Assembly: GCA_964514725.1 (NCBI GenBank)
Contig: CAZEUL010000003.1
Coordinates: forward strand, 204,567-268,566
Direction of reading: 5' to 3'
Length of the DNA: 64,000 bases
Source of the DNA: an uncultured Rikenellaceae bacterium
Lineage (GTDB): Bacteria > Bacteroidota > Bacteroidia > Bacteroidales > VadinHA17
Below, piece after piece: positions 57,080 through 64,000 of the stretch. Position 1 is the stretch's first letter. Each line of letters begins with the position of its first letter. Under the pieces are notes generated by a model, which made no database searches, was not told the DNA's origin, and saw nothing but the letters and a program-made list of their open reading frames with translations. The translations under genes were made by a program, and so were the position numbers.

Positions 57080-58681
57080 TCAGTTTAAATCATCTGATTT
57101 CTTCGTCTTAACAAATAAATCTGGAACATTCTTTGGTCTTATAGTTTCGAGCCAGGTAAATCCCTCTAGTTTTAACGTATCTTTGTCAGTCACTAATGGA
57201 GGATCAATTGTACCTTCAGGATTTTGATATTCATAAATCCTGGTGATTTTACCATTATCAGTATAAATTTCAATCCGTGAACATTTAGCTTTGTTTATAC
57301 CCACTATTTGATCACCATCGAGAAGATAATAAATTGTCTCAGCGTTGCCTGAAATATTAATTTTATATAGTTCGTTGTCCTTGAAAAAACCTGTAAGCGA
57401 CCTTCCTTTCACCTGGTTGAAGCGCCTCTGGTCAACCTGCGATACAATAAATGCTGAATTATATAGTTCCAGTTTGTCGGCCTGCCTGTTCTTTGTAAAA
57501 ATTGCCATTGAATCGGAAGTAAGCTGGTTCTCATTTGACCAGAGAACAGGTTTAGTATAAAGTCTAATTACAGAATCCTGAAATGAGTAGGAGAGAGAGT
57601 CGCATTTCCCCTGAAGGCCTTTGCTGAATATTCGGGTACCGAAGAATGCTCTTACCAGCCTGTAGCTTTTCCCTGCATCTGTTGTTCTGGTAACCGCATT
57701 TATTGTATCTGCATGAAGGAAAAGTGTATCTTTTTTTGAAACCTGCATATACAGAGCTTTATCTGTAACCATAAAACTTTCAGGGTTTTTATAATACCAT
57801 GCATAATTACCAGTCACTATGATTTTATTGGTAGTATCGGTTATACTCGTGTTCCTGAATGACTGCCCGTATCCTGATGTCCCGTCATAGTACATTGAAT
57901 CACCCCTGATAATCTGTTTTTTATTGTCGATCAAAGCATTCTTCCAGATCCTGGAAATGTCCTTTTTTGTGTCATACCAGCCTTTTTCGCAATACAGGTA
58001 TAAGCTATCTCCTTTGAGCTCAGAAGGGCCTGTAAAGAAAGCCGTTTCAGTTTTCGAGTTATAATCCATGGTATCGGCCGTCATTACATAATCGGGATTT
58101 ACAATTCTGACACTGTCCTTAAAATGATATAAGTTCTGCGAAACATAATAAACTCCTATTATACTTGTCAGAGTATTGTCTCCATTAATAATTTTCCCGT
58201 GTTCATTGTACCTTGCAATTTTGTTCGCCACATCGTATTTGATTGATTTAGTATAAAGATGAGTCTTCTGATCAATGAGTTCAACATTGCCGTCGACCGA
58301 AGCTGTTTCAGTGGTACCGTCGTAAAACAGCGAATCGCCATATAAATGCAGTGTGTCACCCTGTTGCATATGAATCCTGCTATAGGCTTTTGTCTGGTTA
58401 AAACCTGCATAAAAATGAGCACTGTCGCAGGTCATCAGGATATCGTTATGCTTTAGAGATACATCTCCTATAAGTCGGGTAAGCTTCCTGCCTGTTGCTT
58501 TCTCAATTTCTTCAATCCCTTCCGATGAATGCAGAACTTCAATTTTCTTTTTCCCGGTCTTTGAAACTTCTGTTTTCTGGCCTGATATGTTCTGACTAAA
58601 AGGTATCAGCATCAAAATTACAAGACAAATTTTGAATTCCTGATAAATGCGTATGTATAGTTTAAATATTATTTCAACCAT
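57080..58681 (-). CDS. OstA/LptA-like repeat periplasmic protein (putative)
   Basis: 533 aa with a signal peptide. Repeats of the type GDV.L.H.D..M.CD.A.FY / GNVELID...HLY resemble OstA-like N-terminal domains. Its position after SurA-like genes matches Bacteroidota clusters. Confidence 0.55.
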   Translation of the reverse strand: MVEIIFKLYIRIYQEFKICLVILMLIPFSQNISGQKTEVSKTGKKKIEVLHSSEGIEEIEKATGRKLTRLIGDVSLKHNDILMTCDSAHFYAGFNQTKAYSRIHMQQGDTLHLYGDSLFYDGTTETASVDGNVELIDQKTHLYTKSIKYDVANKIARYNEHGKIINGDNTLTSIIGVYYVSQNLYHFKDSVRIVNPDYVMTADTMDYNSKTETAFFTGPSELKGDSLYLYCEKGWYDTKKDISRIWKNALIDNKKQIIRGDSMYYDGTSGYGQSFRNTSITDTTNKIIVTGNYAWYYKNPESFMVTDKALYMQVSKKDTLFLHADTINAVTRTTDAGKSYRLVRAFFGTRIFSKGLQGKCDSLSYSFQDSVIRLYTKPVLWSNENQLTSDSMAIFTKNRQADKLELYNSAFIVSQVDQRRFNQVKGRSLTGFFKDNELYKINISGNAETIYYLLDGDQIVGINKAKCSRIEIYTDNGKITRIYEYQNPEGTIDPPLVTDKDTLKLEGFTWLETIRPKNVPDLFVKTKKSDDLN

Positions 58682-60030
58682 CCTTCCGCAGCGAGAAATT
58701 CACAGTTTTTAAATTCGTCAGTTACCTTGATATAAGTTGTCTCAATTTTTTTCTTTATCCACTGCTTGTATGATTCCTGTTGCTTAGCCATCAGTGTAGC
58801 ATTGTAGAGGAATTGATAGTCATTTTTTAAATCAGGTCTGTGTGCAGGCATTTCATTATCAAGCCTTACCACTCTGAAAACAACATTTCCTATTTCATCA
58901 GTCGTCCTGAATGGTTCTGAAATCTCCCCGATTTTAAGATCTCTGATTTTTATATACATTTCCTTATTCAGCTCATCAAGAGTGAACCAATTGATTCTTT
59001 CTGACGGATTGGTACTTACAAACTTTCCTCCGTTTATCCTGCTATCCTTATGTGTTGAATACTTATAAGCAACCTCCTCAAAGGTAAGGCTGCCTTTCCT
59101 GATAAGATTCGTAAGACTGTCAAGCTTTGCCAGAGCTTTATCAGCGGCTTCAGGTTTTACCTTGGGTCTTATAAGGATATGCCTTGTATTAGCCATTTCT
59201 CCTTTGCGGTCAATAAGTTGAATAATATGAAAACCAAATTTTGTTTCCACGATCTTAGACACTGTGTTTTTTGTCAGACTGAAAGCAGCATCTGCATATT
59301 CTTTCTCAAGCTCCCCTCTGAGCTTATATCCGATTTCGCCCCCATTTGCAGCTGACCCCGGATCTTCAGAATACATTACAGCAAGCACATTAAAGCTTTT
59401 ACCTGCAAGTATCTGGGCGCGGATATCAAGAAGTTTCTGCCGGGCTTCAGCTTTGTTTTCTTCATTGTCAGGAGGATCCAGCTGGATCAGACTGATCTGG
59501 ACCCTTGAGGGCACAACAGGCAGGCTGTCTTTTGGAATAGAATTGTAAAATTTCCTGACATCTGTAGGAGTAATAGTTAATTTCTTAACTATTTTGCTGC
59601 GTACTTCCATAATAATCTGTTGTTCAAGAAGCGATTTCCTGATATCACGCCTGATTTCAAGCATGCTTTTTTTAAAGTAATCTTCAAGAGCTTTTTCGCT
59701 TCCCGCAGTTCTGATAGCATCATTCAACCTCATATTCAGATCACCCTCAACCATATCTGGCGTTACTTCAATGCTGTCAATCCTCGCCTGATCGAGGAAA
59801 AGCTTTGAGATCAGTAATTCGTTAAGAACCCTGCATCTTATATCATCAATAGATGATCTGTCTCCGTTTCTTCTGAGATCTAGAACAGAATTTTCGATAT
59901 CTGAAAGATAAATAACCTCATTCCCCACAACTGCTACCACTGATTCTACAACAACCTGTGCAAAGGTATATGTGGAAAAAGTCAGCAGCAATAAACCCAA
60001 TTTCAAGCTTAGTGTTAAATTTCTTTTCAT
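58669..60030 (-). CDS. SurA-like periplasmic peptidyl-prolyl isomerase (parvulin domain)
   Basis: 453 aa with signal peptide ..TYTFA|QV and parvulin motif TKFGFHIIQLIDRKG. Confidence 0.8.
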   Translation of the reverse strand: MKRNLTLSLKLGLLLLTFSTYTFAQVVVESVVAVVGNEVIYLSDIENSVLDLRRNGDRSSIDDIRCRVLNELLISKLFLDQARIDSIEVTPDMVEGDLNMRLNDAIRTAGSEKALEDYFKKSMLEIRRDIRKSLLEQQIIMEVRSKIVKKLTITPTDVRKFYNSIPKDSLPVVPSRVQISLIQLDPPDNEENKAEARQKLLDIRAQILAGKSFNVLAVMYSEDPGSAANGGEIGYKLRGELEKEYADAAFSLTKNTVSKIVETKFGFHIIQLIDRKGEMANTRHILIRPKVKPEAADKALAKLDSLTNLIRKGSLTFEEVAYKYSTHKDSRINGGKFVSTNPSERINWFTLDELNKEMYIKIRDLKIGEISEPFRTTDEIGNVVFRVVRLDNEMPAHRPDLKNDYQFLYNATLMAKQQESYKQWIKKKIETTYIKVTDEFKNCEFLAAEGWLK

Positions 60031-60032
60031 CC

Positions 60033-60881
60033 TTAGTAAATCTTAAATTCATTATTCTTTATCGCTTCATTGTAGATACCATTTTCAAGGTTTTTGATAA
60101 AATCAATCCTGCGATTATTCCATATTATCCTTTTTATATCTTCTTTAACATAATCGAACGGAGCAAGAGATCCCCTCAGCCTGAATTCATTAATTGTTAT
60201 CAGATAAACAGATGAAGAATCTGAGTATTCATAGTATTTATTCCATCTTAGAAAATTCTCCTGATCCCTTATCCTTCCATTCAACTCAAGAGAAAGCCTG
60301 TCAAAAGTGATCCATTGTTCATTAAAATCATCAAATTTCTCGGCAAACTGATAGCAAAGCCTCTCAAGCTCCTGGATGTCTTTTTGTTTGTCGGAACGTG
60401 ATAGGTATCTTATTTTATTAATATCGGGTGTTTCAACTGGTAATTTTATAAATATCGCCTTTACAATATTTGAATTAAGATAAAAACTGTTCTCATTGGT
60501 AGCATAATAGCTTGCCAATTCATCATCAGAAATTATTGTATCCATTTTATAGAGAATCATCTTCTGCTGATACTCATAGATAATTAAATTCATTCTTGTT
60601 TCGTTCAGCTGCTTTTCAATATTGTTTTTCAAATCTGATGAGAGATTGGTTTCTGCTTTTTGAAACATAAGCACCCTTTTAGCCCATTTATTAATATAAT
60701 TCTGTATTGTAATAGCACTATCCTCTTCTGTTAGTAAATCAGTAATCTGAGAAGGAACTTCATCATAATACAAAATTGTATTTCCTGCCTTTGCTAAAGG
60801 TATTCTTTTAGCAGAGGTAGTTTTATCTTTACATCCTGAAATCAGAACGATTAATAAAAAGATATAGAAGAATTTATTCAT
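60033..60881 (-). CDS. hypothetical lipoprotein within the PPIase/chaperone cluster
   Basis: 282 aa with lipobox LISG|C. No catalytic parvulin motif was seen. An 8-nt overlap joins it to the upstream gene. Confidence 0.55.
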   Translation of the reverse strand: MNKFFYIFLLIVLISGCKDKTTSAKRIPLAKAGNTILYYDEVPSQITDLLTEEDSAITIQNYINKWAKRVLMFQKAETNLSSDLKNNIEKQLNETRMNLIIYEYQQKMILYKMDTIISDDELASYYATNENSFYLNSNIVKAIFIKLPVETPDINKIRYLSRSDKQKDIQELERLCYQFAEKFDDFNEQWITFDRLSLELNGRIRDQENFLRWNKYYEYSDSSSVYLITINEFRLRGSLAPFDYVKEDIKRIIWNNRRIDFIKNLENGIYNEAIKNNEFKIY

Positions 60882-62844
60882 GTCTGAGAGTTTTCTTCAC
60901 TTCATTATAAACCGGCTCATTTATTTCAACGACATATTTATCCCTTAATTGTTTTATCCACTCAGCCATCAGCTTGTCCTGATACCCTGATATAATATCA
61001 GCCTGGACTTCTTTAAATGGAAGGGGAACAGGCTCAATGACTTTTTCCACAAATATAAGTGAAGGAATGTTATCTTTTACGAAAGAATGTGCACCAGGTT
61101 CCCATTTAATAGCATCAATATATTGATCTTCACCCAGTTCCCATTTTTTATCAGTAATTGTCAGGAGCGTATTGCCTTTGCTTGTAAATGTCTTAAGCAT
61201 TAAACTATCAGTTTTTGGGGACGATGAATATTTAATGAAAGCAGAATTAAGTTGATCGAGTCCACCGGGAATGTTTAAAGTATATAATTTGCCCTTTACA
61301 GCTCTTTTGGAAAGGTAATTGTTTTTTGTGGCTTCATAATATTGATGTAGTCCTGCGGAATCATCCCTTGCCTTGTCCCAGACTTTTTTTGATGAAATAT
61401 CAAAAAGTAAAATTCCGTCATGAAATTCTTTTATAAGATATTTGAACTCAGGGTATTTATTTTCCAGGATTGAGTTTTCATAGCTGATGATTCGGTTTGA
61501 AACTAAGAATTCAATGTATTTATCTATAAATTGCTTAGGATTATCCGGAATCTTATTCAGGGTTCTTTTTTCCACCTCCTTTGCAAAATCACGGGCAGAG
61601 AAATTCTGGTCGGCAAAAGAAAAGATGATTGCATCAGGTACTTTCTTAAGGTTATAGGATGCATTTCCTTTGATAACGGCAGAATCTGTATGTTTTATAA
61701 ACCACCTATATGGCCCTTGAAATACTCTGAAACCGTATTCCTTTTTTAGTTTGTTTATTACTGACTGTCGTTCAATTTCTTTCAGATCGGATTTCCTGAT
61801 CTTACTTTCTATTAAAGGGCGCATCTCATCGAATGAGGGTGGTGGCTTTCTGTCTAATAGTTTAATTATATGAAATCCAAAAACTGTCCGTACAGGTCTG
61901 GTATAGCTGCCGGTATCTATCAGAGAGAATGCAGCTTCTGCAAAATCCGGTATGATTTCGCCTGCTCCAAACCAGTTAAGTTCACCACCTTTTAATGCTG
62001 ATTCTCTATGGTCTGAATAAATAGCAGCGAGCTTTTTAAAAGGTTCTCCTGCCTCAAGCCTGTAATAGATCGTATCAATTATGTCCTTTGCCTCTTTTAT
62101 TTTCTTTTCATCGCCATCACGTGGAAAAGCTTTCATTATATGTGCAACCTTTATCTTTCCCTTTGAGGGCCGCTTGTCAGTAATTTTTATAATATGATAA
62201 CCAAAAGATGTCCTTACCGGCATGGATATATTTCCCGGCTCAATCGAATAGGCTGCATCTTCAAAAGGTCTTACCATCTGAAAAACAGTAAAATATCCGA
62301 GATTTCCACCATTTGTTTCTGCTGATTTGTCATCAGAGGTTTCCCTGGCCACTTTTTCAAATTGTTCTCCTCCAAGTATTCTTTCCCTTAATTCCATTGC
62401 TTTCTTGTAAGCTTTCATTGTATCTGAGGGAGCTGCATCGGGGGGACAGCTTACTAAAATGTGTGAGGCTTTTATTTCAAGCAACGACCTTTGATACGCT
62501 TTCTGAACAAGTTGTTCCTTAATGTCAGGATCTGAAAGATAGGTTTCTGCAAGCTGATTCCTGTAACCTTGTAATTCCGTTTTAAAGGCTTTTGTGGTAT
62601 CAGTCCCCATCTCAATTGCTTCAGCAACTTTCAGTTTAAATACAATGAATTGATCAAGATATTTATTCAGATCCATGTTTTCTGATGAGTCAGGTCCTTT
62701 ATTATACATTCTTATGAATTCCCCGGCAGTGACTTTCCGGCCTGCAACCGTCATCAGGACTTCTTCTTCATTAACCTGAGATGAGCAGATTTCAGAAAAT
62801 ACTAATAAAAAAACTACAGTTGAAGCAATGGATCTGATTTTCAT
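60874..62844 (-). CDS. PpiC-type peptidyl-prolyl isomerase with two parvulin domains
   Basis: Start trimmed to ATG 62844 (MKIRSIASTVVFLLVF..) because the track start is a TTG. Parvulin motifs are SFGYHIIKITDKR and VFGFHIIKLLDRK. Confidence 0.8.
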   Translation of the reverse strand: MKIRSIASTVVFLLVFSEICSSQVNEEEVLMTVAGRKVTAGEFIRMYNKGPDSSENMDLNKYLDQFIVFKLKVAEAIEMGTDTTKAFKTELQGYRNQLAETYLSDPDIKEQLVQKAYQRSLLEIKASHILVSCPPDAAPSDTMKAYKKAMELRERILGGEQFEKVARETSDDKSAETNGGNLGYFTVFQMVRPFEDAAYSIEPGNISMPVRTSFGYHIIKITDKRPSKGKIKVAHIMKAFPRDGDEKKIKEAKDIIDTIYYRLEAGEPFKKLAAIYSDHRESALKGGELNWFGAGEIIPDFAEAAFSLIDTGSYTRPVRTVFGFHIIKLLDRKPPPSFDEMRPLIESKIRKSDLKEIERQSVINKLKKEYGFRVFQGPYRWFIKHTDSAVIKGNASYNLKKVPDAIIFSFADQNFSARDFAKEVEKRTLNKIPDNPKQFIDKYIEFLVSNRIISYENSILENKYPEFKYLIKEFHDGILLFDISSKKVWDKARDDSAGLHQYYEATKNNYLSKRAVKGKLYTLNIPGGLDQLNSAFIKYSSSPKTDSLMLKTFTSKGNTLLTITDKKWELGEDQYIDAIKWEPGAHSFVKDNIPSLIFVEKVIEPVPLPFKEVQADIISGYQDKLMAEWIKQLRDKYVVEINEPVYNEVKKTLRHE

Positions 62845-62863
62845 CTGGATTTCCTGAGATCCG

Positions 62864-64000
62864 TTATTCAAAAGATTTTCTGCTGTAATTAGGAGATTCT
62901 CTGGTTATTGTAACATCATGTGGGTGGCTTTCAATAATTCCCGAATGAGTTATTCTGACAAACCTGGCTTCTTTCTTAAGTATGGCAATGTTTTTTGCTC
63001 CCAGGTAACCCATTCCTGCCCTTAATCCTCCTGTCATCTGGTAAATTACTTCCGAAAGGTTTCCTTTGTATGGTACCCGTGCAGCGATCCCTTCCGGTAC
63101 AAGTTTCCGGATATCATCTTCAACGTCTTGGTAATAGCGGTCTTTGGAACCTTGCTGCATAGCCTCTATTGATCCCATACCTCTGTATGCCTTGAATTTA
63201 CGGCCGTTGTATATTATTGTTTCCCCCGGCGATTCCTCCACCCCTGCGAATAATGATCCCGCCATTATTGAATCGGCACCGGCTGCCAGTGCTTTAATTA
63301 TATCACCTGAATACCTTATACCTCCATCTGCAATCACAGGAATACCTGTGCCTTCAATAGCCTTTGCTACGTTATAAATAGCTGATAATTGCGGTATTCC
63401 TACACCGGCAACAACCCTTGTGGTGCAGATAGATCCTGGTCCTATTCCTACTTTGAGACCATCAGCTCCTTCATCTGCCAGTCTCTTTGCAGCTTCAGCG
63501 GTACCTATATTACCAGCAATGACATCAGTCCCCGGAAAGTTCCTTTTGATTTCCCTAAGGATTTTAATAACCCCCTTTGTATGGCCATGTGCAGTATCAA
63601 TTGCTATAACATCAACATTGGCATTAATAAGAGCTTCAACACGTTTTAAAGTATCAGATGCAATACCAACAGCTGCGGCAACCCGTAGTCTTCCTTTTTC
63701 ATCCTTACATGAGTTGGGACGATCTTTTGCTTTGGTTATGTCCTTGTAGGTGATAAGTCCGATTAATCTTCCCGATTCATCAATCATTGGCAGTTTTTCA
63801 ATCTTATGTTTCTGAAGTATTCTCGCAGCAGCTTCAAGATCAGTTTCATGATTGGTGGTTATCAGCCTGGTAGTCATTACTTCAGTTATCTTCCTGGATC
63901 GGTTGTTTTCAAACCTTAGGTCCCTGTTTGTAACAATTCCTTTCAGAATCCCATTGCTGTCAACAACTGGTATCCCTCCGATCCCATATTCGCTCATCAG
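62864..64000 (-). CDS. guaB: IMP dehydrogenase, C-terminal about 379 codons (N-terminus beyond the right window edge)
   Basis: The frame is open to base 64000. It has a CBS region ([20 protein letters not shown]), the catalytic loop [11 protein letters not shown], and GGIRYSGD. Confidence 0.95.
   Translation of the reverse strand: MMSEYGIGGIPVVDSNGILKGIVTNRDLRFENNRSRKITEVMTTRLITTNHETDLEAAARILQKHKIEKLPMIDESGRLIGLITYKDITKAKDRPNSCKDEKGRLRVAAAVGIASDTLKRVEALINANVDVIAIDTAHGHTKGVIKILREIKRNFPGTDVIAGNIGTAEAAKRLADEGADGLKVGIGPGSICTTRVVAGVGIPQLSAIYNVAKAIEGTGIPVIADGGIRYSGDIIKALAAGADSIMAGSLFAGVEESPGETIIYNGRKFKAYRGMGSIEAMQQGSKDRYYQDVEDDIRKLVPEGIAARVPYKGNLSEVIYQMTGGLRAGMGYLGAKNIAILKKEARFVRITHSGIIESHPHDVTITRESPNYSRKSFE

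Noticed and set aside
1-64000. Search for a defence island, mobile element, CRISPR array, toxin-antitoxin pair or integrase-flanked insertion.
   Set aside because: No transposase, integrase or recombinase, no Cas-like or restriction-like ORFs, no direct-repeat arrays and no tRNA insertion site were recognisable. Gene content is core-metabolic and envelope housekeeping throughout.

Overview
This window looks like an AT-rich, densely coding stretch of a Bacteroidota-type chromosome. Supporting signs are a T9SS type-B C-terminal sorting domain protein, TAnnTTTG -7 boxes, an RseC-RnfBCDGEA operon, a guaB-PPIase-SurA-OstA cluster and lipoprotein-rich content. I support about 55 protein-coding genes, nearly all intact and mostly housekeeping: proS, purA, glyA, tsaD, recG, guaB, relA/spoT, the Rnf complex, ExbB-ExbD-TonB, TamB, an M16 peptidase pair and a ClC channel. 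I recognised no rRNA, tRNA, CRISPR array, transposase, integrase or prophage genes, though I cannot run covariance models. Two genes are missing from the supplied ORF track. One is an Omp85/BamA-family ORF that runs off the left edge (1-1338, minus strand). The other is a 53-aa rubredoxin (17772-17933). Several track ORFs begin at non-ATG or upstream codons, and I trimmed them. Two loci stand out. (1) At 3860-8274, two paralogous exported proteins, one soluble and one a lipoprotein, have extreme Tyr/aromatic-rich cores and Ser/Arg-rich tails ending in RRR. A FadL/PorV-like barrel follows them. I recognise no named family for the two proteins, and the trio may be a surface-polymer or matrix export module. 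(2) At 8331-14341, a larC-larE-larB operon for nickel-pincer cofactor synthesis carries an extra WbqC-like gene, and the window has no larA. It is divergently paired with a Tat-exported DUF362 protein and a NapH-like membrane polyferredoxin, which makes the DUF362 protein a candidate non-LarA user of the cofactor. Smaller observations include a CitD-CitE fusion citrate-lyase cluster lacking citC/citG/citX, a miropin-like lipoprotein serpin and an orphan SiaC-like protein. There is also a TonB with a charged spacer in place of the usual Pro-rich one, and a rare canonical Shine-Dalgarno sequence ahead of the first Tyr-rich gene.
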